This document shows positions 19,956 through 31,730 of a DNA stretch of 64,000 nucleotides, piece by piece; the first letter of the stretch is position 1, and every line of letters begins with the position of its first letter. Below the pieces are notes generated by a model. It worked only from the letters and a program-made list of their open reading frames with translations, ran no database searches and was not told the DNA's origin. The position numbers were made by a program, and so were the translations under genes. This DNA comes from Rickettsiales bacterium (GTDB taxonomy: Bacteria > Pseudomonadota > Alphaproteobacteria > Rickettsiales > RGZB01): NCBI GenBank assembly GCA_044356525.1, contig JBIKVZ010000005.1, positions 1,130 through 65,129 on the forward strand, read 5' to 3'.

Positions 19956-19987
19956 CAAAAACCCCGGCGGTAAAGCCGGGGTTTTTG
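19956..19987 (-). terminator. Rho-independent terminator after 5S rRNA
   Basis: CCCCGGC-GGTAAA-GCCGGGG stem flanked by A-run and T-run, immediately downstream of the 5S on the minus strand. Confidence 0.8.
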
Positions 19988-20029
19988 TTACATTTGAAAA
20001 TATGACATACGTTGTTTTCACACTTGCTT

Positions 20030-20150
<121 letters not shown>

Positions 20151-20369
20151 CAACGAAGCAAGCGTAAAAACAGTAACGATTTCAATCTATTATGAACCAG
20201 CTAATGTTATTGTGCAGGTTTAATGCTGCATACAACAACGGTAGCAAAATTTAAGCCAATGAAGCAATTAGTACTGGTAAGCTAAAGGCATTACTACCCT
20301 TACACACCCAGCCTATCAACGTCGTAGTCTACGACGGCTCTCATGGGGAAGTATAGTCTTGAGGAGGGT

Positions 20370-20401
<32 letters not shown>

Positions 20402-20567
20402 TCCGTACATAGCTACCCAGCGCTGCTCCTGGCGGAACAACTGGCACACCAGAGGTACGTTCATCCCGGTCCTCTCGTACTAGGGACAAATCCTCTCAAA
20501 CTTCCAACGCCTACGGCAGATAGGGACCGAACTGTCTCACGACGTTCTAAACCCAGCTCACGTACCA

Positions 20568-20646
<79 letters not shown>

Positions 20647-20673
20647 TTGCCGTCGATATGAGCTCTTGGGCAA

Positions 20674-20705
<32 letters not shown>

Positions 20706-21166
20706 TCGTTGAGCGATGGCCCCACCACGTGGAACCACCGGATCACTATGACCGACTTTCGTCTCTGCTCGACATGTACGTCTCGCAGTCAGGCAGGCTT
20801 ATGCCATTACACTCTGAAAGGTTGATTTCCGACCAACCTGAGCCTACCTTCGCACGCCTCCGTTACTTTTTGGGAGGCGACCGCCCCAGTCAAACTGCCC
20901 ATCATGCATGGTCCCCGACCCGGTTAACGGGTCTAGGTTAGATATCAAAAATACGTAGGGTGGTATCTCAAGGGTGGCTCCACCAAAGCTTGCGCTTCGG
21001 CTTCAAAGCCTCCCACCTATCCTGCACAACGAATTTCTAATACCAATGCAAAATTGCAGTAAAGGTGCACGGGGTCTTTCCGTCTAACCGCAGGTACCCC
21101 GCATCTTCACGAGGAATTCTATTTCGCTGAGCCGGTGTTGGAGACAGTGGGGAAGTCGTTACGCCA

Positions 21167-21250
<84 letters not shown>

Positions 21251-21523
21251 ATCCAGAGCTTGCACTCCATCACTTAACCTTCCGGCACTGGGCAGGCGTC
21301 AGACCCTATACGTCGACATTAATCTTCGCAGAGCCCTGTGTTTTTAGTAAACAGTCGCTACCCCCTAGCTTGTGCCACCTTTACATGGTTGCCCACATAA
21401 AGGCCACTCTTCTTCCGAAGTTACAAGTGCAACTTGCCTAGTTCCTTCAACACCGTTCTCTCAATCGCCTTGGTATACTCTACCAGTCCACCTGTGTCGG
21501 TTTGGGGTACGGACATTAGGCCC

Positions 21524-21946
21524 CAACGCCAGATATCAGAAACCAATTTAACCAAGCGCTGCTTTAACTGCAGCCTCGATGGCTTTTTTGTCTTTTAATG
21601 CTTGCTCGGAAGCAGCATTAAGATTGTTTGTCCGCCCTTCGTTCACATAAGCTTCGGCCAGCCTGCTTGCAAGCTGCTCGGAGTTTGGAAAAAAAGGCAT
21701 GCCAAGCTTAAAGTTTGGCAAACGCTCAAGGAGCAATGCATTCATCAGTTTCATCTGATAAACGAACACTTCGCTTTTTGCGTTAAGACTAAACAAATTG
21801 CCATCGGTTGATTTGGCTTTATTGATAATATCACTGTGTGACGCCATATAGACTCTGCTAGTTAAGAGTTAAGTTATTCGACTCACTCTCTTACCATCAA
21901 AGCATTTGGTTTACCACAGTAAATTAGCTTCTGATATCTGACGTTG
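21524..21946 (-). other. Intervening sequence (IVS) inside the 23S rRNA, closed by a ~20 bp stem
   Basis: The plus-strand arms are CAACGCCAGATATCAGAAACC (21524-21544) and GCTTCTGATATCTGACGTTG (21927-21946). They are inverted repeats. Sequence outside the arms aligns to conserved 23S domain III and sequence inside does not. Confidence 0.8.
21548..21847 (-). CDS. 99-aa ORF inside the 23S IVS, same sense as the rRNA
   Basis: Uninterrupted ORF MASHSDIINKAKSTDG...AIEAAVKAALG. It looks mostly helical. It stops 3 nt before the 3' stem arm. There is no strong SD, so translation is unproven. Confidence 0.45.
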   Translation of the reverse strand: MASHSDIINKAKSTDGNLFSLNAKSEVFVYQMKLMNALLLERLPNFKLGMPFFPNSEQLASRLAEAYVNEGRTNNLNAASEQALKDKKAIEAAVKAALG

Positions 21947-22356
21947 AAGTCCTATGTGGGAGCTATTTCCTGGGACCCCTTCACTGCCCGATCAATCCAA
22001 TAAGACCGAACAATTTACAGAATCCGTCACTACCCACTGGCCCATGAATATTAACATGGTTCCCATCGACTACGGCTCTCGCCCTCGCCTTAGGGGCCGG
22101 CTAACCCTGCGCAGATTAACTTTACGCAGGAACCCTTGGACATTCGGCGGGCGTGTTTCTCACACGCCTTTCGCTACTCAAGTCAGCATTCTCTCTTCTG
22201 ATACCTCCAGCACACCTTACGATGCACCTTCACAGGCTTACAGAATGCTCCGCTACCACTCTTTCGAGTCCGCATCTTCGGTACGTGACTTAATCCCCGA
22301 TACATTTTAGGCGCAAGAAAACTTATCTAGACCAGTGAGCTGTTACGCTTTCTTTA

Positions 22357-22387
<31 letters not shown>

Positions 22388-22954
22388 TTGTCTTGGTCTT
22401 CTCACATCCTTTCCAACTTAGTCACGATTTCGGGACCTTAGATGGCGGTCTGGGCTCTTTCCCTCTCGACCATGGACCTTATCACCCACAGTCTGTCTGC
22501 CGCAGAATCACTTTCCGGTATTCGGAGTTTGGTAAGGTTTGGTAAGGCTTTGGGCCCCCCTAGCCCTTCCAGTGCTCTACCCCCGGAAGTGTATATTGCG
22601 ACGCACTACCTAAATAGTTTTCGCGGAGAACCAGCTATTTCCCAGTTTGATTGGCCTTTCACCCCTAACCACAACTCATCCGAGACCTTTTCAACGGGCA
22701 CCGGTTCGGTCCTCCAGCTGGTGTTACCCAACCTTCAACCTGGTCATGGCTAGATCACTGAGGTTTCGGGTCTACTACAACTAACTAAATCGCCCTATTC
22801 AGACTCGCTTTCGCTACGGCTACACCTAACGGCTTAACCTTGCTAGTTACAGTAACTCGCTGACCCATTATACAAAAGGTACGCCGTCACAGCTCAAGGC
22901 TGCTCCGACTGTTTGTAGGCATTCGGTTTCAGGTACTATTTCACTCCCCTAATC

Positions 22955-22985
<31 letters not shown>

Positions 22986-23695
22986 GGTGCACTATCGGTC
23001 GCTAGAGAGTACTTAGGCTTGGAGGGTGGCCCCCCCATGTTCAGACAGGATTTCACGTGTCCCGCCTTACTCGAGAACATATATGCTTTCTACCCGTACG
23101 GGGCTATCACCCACTATGGCGCGACTTTCCAGACGCTTCCGGTTCTTACATACATGTTACTGGCCTGTTCCGGGTTCGCTCGTCACTACTAACGGAGTCT
23201 CTGTTGATGTCCTTTCCTCCGGCTACTTAGATATTTCAGTTCACCGGGTTCGCTTCCTTAACCTATGTATTCAGTTAAGGATACGGCCTAAGCCGTGGGT
23301 TTCCCCATTCGGAAATCTTCGGGTCAACGGTTGCTAGCACCTCACCGAAGCTTATCGCAGCTTGCTACGTCCTTCATCGCCTTCTAGCGCCAAGGCATCC
23401 ACCAAATGCCCTTATGTTGCTTAAATTTTGAGAATTACGGTTGCTGTATGCAGAACTAAACTTGCACACTTCAACATTTTTTGTTCGCTTCACTTTCAGC
23501 ACAGGATGTCTATGCCGCAAGCAAAGCTTAACACCGATTCAGCTAACAAAACGCGTATATCAGAACCTTTCGATTCCAACATATCGCCCTGCTAGCGATT
23601 AGTTTGATAATCTTTACTGTATGTCATATTCACGATGTAAAACAGCGGCTTTTCCTCAGAAAAGCGTTCCACACTATTACGTGTAGAGAGCGGCT

Positions 23696-23724
23696 GTTAT
23701 AAGTCCGATGCTTTCAATTGTCAA
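23696..23724 (-). promoter_or_regulatory. Sigma70-type promoter for the 23S-5S unit
   Basis: The minus strand reads TTGACA-17 nt-TATAAC, preceded by an A/T-rich UP-like tract. It lies about 260 nt upstream of the mature 23S 5' end. Confidence 0.7.
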
Positions 23725-24076
23725 CACCGATAATGAAAAAAATGTAAAAAAAACGAGCACTGCAGTAAAACCCTGAAAATCCGCCACTTTTTTGTATCTT
23801 TTTTTTGCCTCATTTTCGATTTTTTACCCCCTCGTTTGCAAAAAAATCATTTTACCAGATGGCTGAATTAACGTTTTCTTAATCTGAACCTGCCAAAATA
23901 TTCCTGAATCTAATTTTTAGGAGCATGTATGCCTGCACCCACCGGATCAAGCCAGCCCCCCCAAAAAGCCTACGCGGGAGGAGCTCTATAAAAACGAAGC
24001 AATCAAAGAGAATGGTAGAAGTCAGGAATTAACGGGCGGCGCTATTCGCGCGATTGAAGCACGCGATAATCAGGCG

Positions 24077-24868
24077 GTGTTCCATATAACAAGGCGCGCT
24101 ATGGATACGGGCATCGGTAGCCCTGTGACTTCAGAAACACTGATGGGCGCGGCCACCAAAGCCCTTACAAAGGCTAACATCAAGCATACTACAGGCCAAG
24201 ATGCGCTAGACCCTAGTTTTATTGGCACCGTGAAACTAGATGCAGCAAACTTAGATATTATCGCAGCCGCGCGGGTGATGCTGGAAGGCATCGCCAAACA
24301 TCTTGAAGAAAAGCGGGTCTCACCTAAACAGGGAGCAAAAGACTTCCCAGAACGCTTCCGCGAAGAAGCCGTGCAGATTGCAGCGGATCCTAAAATTGCT
24401 GAATTCCTGCAGCGCCTGGAAGTTGCACCAAAAGTTAGTAAGGGTACGCTGGATGAATTGAAAAAAGCAGAAAAAGGCGCAGAAGCCGCTCCCGCTGAAG
24501 AGAAAAAGTCGCCACCGGCACATAAACTTGACGCCGTGCGTGTACTTGAAAAAGTAACTGGCATGAAGCCCTTTGATGCCGTGGGCGGTTATTCTTATGA
24601 GGTGCGCGGTGAAACCGCCGCCCGCAAGCTTGTAGAAACCCTTACAACACGCGGTGGAGCGCTCCCTTCAGGCAACACAGGACTTGAAGAATCGGATATT
24701 ACGTTGAGGCGCAGGGGTCACAGCGTTTTTGTTGAAGTAAAAAAAGAAGCCGTCACGGAAGAAGTGGTAAGGGATATCTCTCGTTTACCAATTGGCCCAC
24801 AAAACATGGCGCGCGCTGCCGCTGAAATTAAGGCTGCTGAACCGCCCGCAGCCGGAAGGCGCTTTTAA
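24077..24868 (+). CDS. Hypothetical protein; the true start is probably ATG 23929 joined by a frameshift at a C7A5 tract
   Basis: I recognise no domain. The frame is open back to 23921. A strong AGGAG plus ATG 23929 sits in the neighbouring frame. See the corresponding finding. Confidence 0.6.
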   Translation: MFHITRRAMDTGIGSPVTSETLMGAATKALTKANIKHTTGQDALDPSFIGTVKLDAANLDIIAAARVMLEGIAKHLEEKRVSPKQGAKDFPERFREEAVQIAADPKIAEFLQRLEVAPKVSKGTLDELKKAEKGAEAAPAEEKKSPPAHKLDAVRVLEKVTGMKPFDAVGGYSYEVRGETAARKLVETLTTRGGALPSGNTGLEESDITLRRRGHSVFVEVKKEAVTEEVVRDISRLPIGPQNMARAAAEIKAAEPPAAGRRF

Positions 24869-24898
24869 CTAATCTTTCCGAACATTGTATGATGTGCT

Positions 24899-24930
24899 AA
24901 AACCCTTGGTGTCATTACCAAGGGTTTTTT
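24899..24930 (+). terminator. Rho-independent terminator
   Basis: AACCCTTGGT-GTCATT-ACCAAGGGTT stem followed by TTTTT. Confidence 0.8.
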
Positions 24931-24936
24931 GCTGAA

Positions 24937-25728
24937 ATGAAAATCGCCACATGGAATATTAACTCCGTTCGCCTGCGTATGCCGCTGGTGAAACAGCTCG
25001 TAGCTGAGGCTGCGCCTGATATTCTCTGCCTACAGGAAACCAAAACGCAGGATGAATTCTTCCCCGCGCTGGAATTGCAAGCACTGGGTTTCAAACACAC
25101 GTATTTCAGCGGCGAAAAATCATATAACGGCGTGGCGATATTGTCGCGCGTACCGCTGGCGAATATGAAGACTGAACGCTTCGTGAACGACAATAAACGC
25201 CACATCAGCGCCACACTGCCGGATGGCACCGAATTGCATAATTTTTATATCCCCGCCGGCGGGGATGAACCCGAGCCGATTATCAACCCGAAATTTGACC
25301 ACAAACTGAAGTTCGTGGAAGAAATGACGGCATGGTTTAAAAAACACCGCAAACGCAGCGATAAAATCATCATCCTCGGCGATTTCAACATCGCACCGCT
25401 AGAGCATGACGTGTGGAGCCACAAGCAACTGATGAATGTGGTGTCGCACACCGCGCCAGAGCTGGAGCGTATGGAAAAACTGCGTAAAAGCTTGGGCTGG
25501 ATTGATACTTCGCGTTTGTTTGTGCCGGAAGATGAAAAACTCTACAGCTGGTGGAGTTATCGCAATCAGGACTGGCGCAAGTCTGACCGTGGGCGGCGCC
25601 TCGACCACATCTGGACCACGCCCGCGCTCAAAAGCCGCATTAAATCCAGTACCATCCTTAAAAATTGCCGCGATTGGAGTGGCCCTTCTGACCACGTGCC
25701 GGTAATGACGGAGTTTAAACCCGCATGA
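24937..25728 (+). CDS. xthA: Exodeoxyribonuclease III
   Basis: MKIATWNINSVRLR..PDILCLQETK and C-terminal SDHVPV are the ExoIII/AP endonuclease fold signatures. Confidence 0.92.
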   Translation: MKIATWNINSVRLRMPLVKQLVAEAAPDILCLQETKTQDEFFPALELQALGFKHTYFSGEKSYNGVAILSRVPLANMKTERFVNDNKRHISATLPDGTELHNFYIPAGGDEPEPIINPKFDHKLKFVEEMTAWFKKHRKRSDKIIILGDFNIAPLEHDVWSHKQLMNVVSHTAPELERMEKLRKSLGWIDTSRLFVPEDEKLYSWWSYRNQDWRKSDRGRRLDHIWTTPALKSRIKSSTILKNCRDWSGPSDHVPVMTEFKPA

Positions 25729-26723
25729 AAAAGCTATTGCTCGCATTGCTACTTGCCTCCCTGCCCGCGCGCGCAGCAGCGATTGAGCTTGCGCTGCCTA
25801 TCGCCTGCGACATTGGCAAAGACTGCTTTGTTCAGAATTATGTGGATACTGCCGCAGCGAGTGGTTACGCGGATTTCCAGTGCAACCGCCTGAGCTACGA
25901 CAAGCATGACGGCACCGACTTTCGCCTAAAAGATTATGTGCAGATGAAAAAAGGCTACGATGTTCTGGCCGCAGCCGATGGCATCGTGACTGCTGTGCGC
26001 GACGGTATGGAAGACATTAACGTGCTCAAAATCGACCGCGCCAGCATCATGAAAAGCGGCTGCGGTAATGCCGTGATTGTTTCGCACACTGACGGCTGGC
26101 AAACCATGTATTGCCATATGCGCAAAGGCAGCGTGGCCGTGAAAAAAGGCGATGGCGTGAAAGCGGGGCAGAAAATTGGCCTTGTGGGGCTTTCCGGCCT
26201 TACCGAGTTCCCACACCTGCATATGTCGGTGAAAAAAGATGGTGTCGCGATAGACCCCTTCACCGGAAAGAACATGGAAACCGCCTGCGATAGCGTAGAG
26301 CCTGTAAAACCTTTATGGAAAAAAGAATTAGCCGAGAAACTAACCTACATTCCGTCTGCATTGCTCGGCATGGGTTTTACCACCGAAAAACCCGAGGAAG
26401 AATCCGCACTTGAAGGCAAGCATAATGTGGGAGCGCTCTCGCCCGAAGCGCCTGCCGTCATTCTGTGGGCCAGCGTGATGGGCGCACAGGAAGGCGATAC
26501 GCTGCTGCTACAGATTTTTGACACCGAAGGCCGCACAATGCAGGTGTACCAAAAAGATTTTGAAAAAGCGCAGGCAACCTTTTTTGCCTTCACCGGCAAA
26601 ACCAACAAGAACATCGGCAAATGGCCGGAAGGTATTTACAGAGGCAAAGTGATGTTGCTGAAAAAAGAAGGTGAAGTACCCACCGCCGTATTCAGTGAAG
26701 AGCGCGAAATATACGTGCGTTAA
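25725..26723 (+). CDS. M23 family metallopeptidase (secreted)
   Basis: Signal peptide, HDGTDFRL (HxxxD) and TEFPHLHMSV (HxH) zinc motifs. Confidence 0.85.
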   Translation: MKKLLLALLLASLPARAAAIELALPIACDIGKDCFVQNYVDTAAASGYADFQCNRLSYDKHDGTDFRLKDYVQMKKGYDVLAAADGIVTAVRDGMEDINVLKIDRASIMKSGCGNAVIVSHTDGWQTMYCHMRKGSVAVKKGDGVKAGQKIGLVGLSGLTEFPHLHMSVKKDGVAIDPFTGKNMETACDSVEPVKPLWKKELAEKLTYIPSALLGMGFTTEKPEEESALEGKHNVGALSPEAPAVILWASVMGAQEGDTLLLQIFDTEGRTMQVYQKDFEKAQATFFAFTGKTNKNIGKWPEGIYRGKVMLLKKEGEVPTAVFSEEREIYVR

Positions 26724-26745
26724 ACCTTGGCGTTAAACCTTGGCG

Positions 26746-27591
26746 CTAAATCCTGCGGCCGCTCACGCAGCGGTCAACGCCTGATAAGTCTTTCCACAAC
26801 TGAACTTCTTTAAGGCCTGCTTTTTCCATCATGCTTTTCAGCGCCGCTGCCTGCCCCTTGCCGCACTCAAAAATAATATGCCCGCCTGCATTTAAAAGGC
26901 GCGGCATGTCGCGTAGAATTTCGCGGTAGCAGCCAAGGCCGTCTGCATCCATGCCCACTAGCGCAAGGTGCGGCTCGTGCTCACGCACTTCCGGCTCAAG
27001 CCCGGCAATATCTTTTTCAGGGATATAAGGCGGGTTACTGATGATTAAATCAAATGAATGGTGGATATCAGCGCCCCAGTTCGAGCGGATAATCTGCGCG
27101 CGTTTTTCAAGTTTATGCGCAGTAATATTTTTGCGCGCCACCTTAATGTTGGGCATTGAAACATCCACGCCTGTACCTTCCGCTTTGGGGAATTCTTTCA
27201 GCAACGCCACTAGCAAGCAGCCCGTGCCTGTGCCAAAGTCGAGAATGCTTTCCGGCGCTTTGCGGTTATATATTTTCAGCACGGCTTCGATGAGTGTTTC
27301 GCTGTCTGGCCGAGGGTCGAGCGTATCTGGTGTCACGATAAAATCCATGCCCCAGAATTCACGCCGCCCTAAAATATGTGATACGGGTTCCCTATCCGCG
27401 CGCCGTGCGATCAGCACGCGCACCTTGTTGCGCTCTTTTAAGGGTACCTCGCAATCACCATCGGCAATCATACGCTCGTAGGTAATGCCAAGCGCATGGC
27501 ACAGCAGCAAGCGTGCATCAAGCCGCGCAGTGGTAATGCCCGCCTTCTTGAGCTGCTCGGTTGATTCTGCCAGTAGCGCATCAAGCTGCAT
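26746..27591 (-). CDS. prmC: Release factor glutamine N5-methyltransferase
   Basis: SAM motif ILDFGTGTGC and the catalytic motif IISNPPYIP. Confidence 0.9.
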   Translation of the reverse strand: MQLDALLAESTEQLKKAGITTARLDARLLLCHALGITYERMIADGDCEVPLKERNKVRVLIARRADREPVSHILGRREFWGMDFIVTPDTLDPRPDSETLIEAVLKIYNRKAPESILDFGTGTGCLLVALLKEFPKAEGTGVDVSMPNIKVARKNITAHKLEKRAQIIRSNWGADIHHSFDLIISNPPYIPEKDIAGLEPEVREHEPHLALVGMDADGLGCYREILRDMPRLLNAGGHIIFECGKGQAAALKSMMEKAGLKEVQLWKDLSGVDRCVSGRRI

Positions 27592-27592
27592 C

Positions 27593-28180
27593 TTACTGCT
27601 GGTAACCTTTCCCCGGTTTCAGGCGCGGGTGTTGTGGCATTTGTGGTGCAGCACCAAGGAACAGCATCTCACGCAGCACAACATACTCATTGTCCGTATC
27701 ATAAATTATGTAACCACCCACCGTGCTGCGCCACCAAAATTCAATGTAGAGCAGTTTGTCGTTCAGCCAGCGCACTTCGGGTACACCATCGGCATATAGG
27801 TCATGCAAGGTGATGGTCGTCATGTAATCTTTTTCGGCGTAGATATTGATATGATAATCCAGCCGTTGACCGACTGTCGGCCCCATGTTCACCAGCGTGT
27901 AGGTAATGGCAAACCAGCGTTTGTTGTCTTCTGAAAAGCGGCGCAGGTCAAGATTCAGCCGTTCATTCGTATTGCGGATGCTCACGCCCGTGTTAAACCA
28001 CTGCAGGTACTCACCCTGCGGCAGCATATAAAACACCTTGCCGCCGGGGCGCGCGTAGGCACTGCTTCCGGTAATCACCGAAATCAGTAGGACGAGTGTT
28101 GAAACCGTTAGTCTATTGTTCCAGCTGCTCAGAAAGTTGAGCCGCTTGATCCTCTGCAATGAGTGCCTCGACAAATTCAT
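27593..28180 (-). CDS. Secreted hypothetical protein inserted between prfA and prmC
   Basis: GAGGGAG lies 6 nt upstream of ATG 28180. The signal peptide ends in SSAYA. I recognise no domain. It overlaps the prfA 3' end by 68 nt. Confidence 0.6.
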   Translation of the reverse strand: MNLSRHSLQRIKRLNFLSSWNNRLTVSTLVLLISVITGSSAYARPGGKVFYMLPQGEYLQWFNTGVSIRNTNERLNLDLRRFSEDNKRWFAITYTLVNMGPTVGQRLDYHINIYAEKDYMTTITLHDLYADGVPEVRWLNDKLLYIEFWWRSTVGGYIIYDTDNEYVVLREMLFLGAAPQMPQHPRLKPGKGYQQ

Positions 28181-29195
28181 CAAGATCTCCCTCGCCTACG
28201 ACATTCTGTACGTTGTACAGCGTCAGGTTGATACGATGGTCAGTCACTCTCCCCTGCGGATAATTATAGGTGCGGATGCGCTCAGACCTGTCGCCTGTGC
28301 CCACCTGCCCCTTACGTTTCGCAGCTCGCTCCGCAGCAAGCTTCGCACGTTGCGCCTCATACAAACGCGCGCGCAGAATCTTCATCGCCTTGGCGCGGTT
28401 TTTATGTTGCGACTTTTCATCCTGCTGCGACACCACCACGCCCGTGGGAATGTGGGTGATGCGCACGGCACTGTCGGTTGTGTTCACGCTCTGCCCACCA
28501 GGGCCGCTGGAACGAAACACGTCAATGCGCAGGTCTTTTTCTTCAATCTGAATGTCTACTTCTTCGGCTTCCGGCAGCACCGCTATCGTAACCGTTGAGG
28601 TGTGAATGCGCCCGCTCGATTCCGTGGCAGGTACACGCTGCACGCGGTGCACGCCCGATTCAAACTTCATGCGCGCGAACACTTCCGAGCCGCTGATGTT
28701 GGCCGTTGCTTCTTTGTAGCCACCAATGCCCGTGTCGCTCACTTCCATCACTTCAAAGCGCCAGCCGCGGCGGTCGGCATATTTTTGGTACATGCGGAAT
28801 AGCTGCGCCGCAAACAGCGCGGCTTCGTCGCCGCCCGCGCCGCCGCGAATTTCAAGAATGGCGTTTTTGGAATCGGCTTCGTCCCTCGGCAGCAGGCCGA
28901 GCTTTAAGTTGTGTTCGAGCTTGGGGAATGCGGCTTTGGCTTCGCGGAATTCGTCTTCCGCCATTTTGCGCATCTCGCTGTCCAGCGAGGTGTCTTTCAG
29001 CATTTCCTGCAAATCGTCGAGCGCTTGGCGGGATTTTTTATAATCCTGAATGCGCTCAATCAACGGCGCCATGTCGGAATATTCTTTGGAAAGCTTACCG
29101 AATTCTTTCGACGAAATTTCGCCAGGGTTATTCAGCTTTTCGCCAATCCCTTCGTATTTTTTAACCAGTGTATCCAGCCGCGCTTCAAAACTCAT
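28113..29195 (-). CDS. prfA: Peptide chain release factor 1
   Basis: GGQ motif ([23 protein letters not shown]) and a PxT-type RF1 domain organisation. Confidence 0.95.
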   Translation of the reverse strand: MSFEARLDTLVKKYEGIGEKLNNPGEISSKEFGKLSKEYSDMAPLIERIQDYKKSRQALDDLQEMLKDTSLDSEMRKMAEDEFREAKAAFPKLEHNLKLGLLPRDEADSKNAILEIRGGAGGDEAALFAAQLFRMYQKYADRRGWRFEVMEVSDTGIGGYKEATANISGSEVFARMKFESGVHRVQRVPATESSGRIHTSTVTIAVLPEAEEVDIQIEEKDLRIDVFRSSGPGGQSVNTTDSAVRITHIPTGVVVSQQDEKSQHKNRAKAMKILRARLYEAQRAKLAAERAAKRKGQVGTGDRSERIRTYNYPQGRVTDHRINLTLYNVQNVVGEGDLDEFVEALIAEDQAAQLSEQLEQ

Positions 29196-29203
29196 TTTTC
29201 ACC

Positions 29204-30472
29204 TTAACTTTTCGCGCGCATGATGTAGTCGATTAACTGGTCTTTTGCAACTGTTTCCTGCTGACTGGTAGCGAGGTTTTTTACCTGCACCTCGCCTTTT
29301 GCAAGCTCATCCGGCCCAATGATGACAGCATGGCTCGCGCCCAGCTTGTCGGCCTTGGCAAACCGCTTGCCCATATTGCCGCCGTAAATCACTTCCGCAT
29401 ACACGCCAGTGCCCCTTAATTTACTTGCGACCGCGACAGCGTAACTTTCCTCTTCGTCACCCAAACCAATCACTGCTACAGGCTTTTCGGCAACGGCTTC
29501 AGTTTTTGCCATCAGCATCAGGCGTTCGATACCTGCTGCAAAACCAATCGCAGGCGTTTCCGGCCCACCCATTTGCTTAATCAACCCGTCATAACGCCCA
29601 CCAGCCAGCACCGTGTTCTGTGCACCTAGTTCGCCTTCATCGGCAATAAATTCGAATACCGTATGGCTGTAATAATCCAGCCCACGCACCAGTTTCGGAT
29701 TAACGACAATACGCTCCGAGAGACCCGGAGAAGATTTAAGCGCTTTTAAAACATTCTCAAAAAATGTTTTGGCCGCAGCGCTTAAATGCTCGCCCATCAC
29801 GGGTGCATTTTTAACAATTGCTTTATCGCCTTCGTCTTTTGAATCCAGAATACGCAGTGGGTTCTTTTCAAGCCTGTTCTGGCTGTCTTCTGATAAATCC
29901 GCTTTGTGCTTGCTTAAATACTCCACCAGCACCTTGCGATAATTTGCGCGCGACTCTGCATCGCCCAGCGTGTTGATGTTCAGCTTTGTTTTAGAAAGAA
30001 TGCCAAGCTCTTGCAATATGTGGGCTGCCAGCAAAATGGTTTCTGCATCGGCATTTGAGTCCGCATTGCCAAGCCATTCAAAATTAATCTGGTGGAACTG
30101 GCGGTAACGGCCTTTTTGCGGGCGCTCATAGCGAAAGAGCGGGCCCCATGAAAACAGCTTCAGCGGCAGGTTTTGCTGCAAGCCGTTTGAGATAAATGCA
30201 CGGGCAATACCGGCGGTAAATTCAGGGCGCAAGGTGATGCTTTCGCCGCCCTTATCCTCAAACGTATACATTTCCTTGTTCACCACGTCCGATGTTTCAC
30301 CGAGGGTGCGTTTGAACACTTCGGTGAATTCAAAAATCGGCGTCGCCATTTCCTTAAAGCCATACAGGCCGCCTACGCTACGCGCAGTGTCTACCACGTG
30401 GCGGAACTTGGCGTAATCTTCCGGCAGGATGTCCTGCGTGCCACGAACGGATTGTAGTTTAGGGCTGGACAT
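29204..30472 (-). CDS. hisS: Histidine--tRNA ligase
   Basis: MSSPKLQSVRGTQDILPED and the class II motifs FRYERPQKGRYRQFHQ and GGGRYD-like LAGGRYDGL. ATG 30472 lies 4 nt after the ispG stop. Confidence 0.92.
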   Translation of the reverse strand: MSSPKLQSVRGTQDILPEDYAKFRHVVDTARSVGGLYGFKEMATPIFEFTEVFKRTLGETSDVVNKEMYTFEDKGGESITLRPEFTAGIARAFISNGLQQNLPLKLFSWGPLFRYERPQKGRYRQFHQINFEWLGNADSNADAETILLAAHILQELGILSKTKLNINTLGDAESRANYRKVLVEYLSKHKADLSEDSQNRLEKNPLRILDSKDEGDKAIVKNAPVMGEHLSAAAKTFFENVLKALKSSPGLSERIVVNPKLVRGLDYYSHTVFEFIADEGELGAQNTVLAGGRYDGLIKQMGGPETPAIGFAAGIERLMLMAKTEAVAEKPVAVIGLGDEEESYAVAVASKLRGTGVYAEVIYGGNMGKRFAKADKLGASHAVIIGPDELAKGEVQVKNLATSQQETVAKDQLIDYIMRAKS

Positions 30473-30476
30473 GGTT

Positions 30477-31726
<1,250 letters not shown>

Positions 31727-31730
<4 letters not shown>

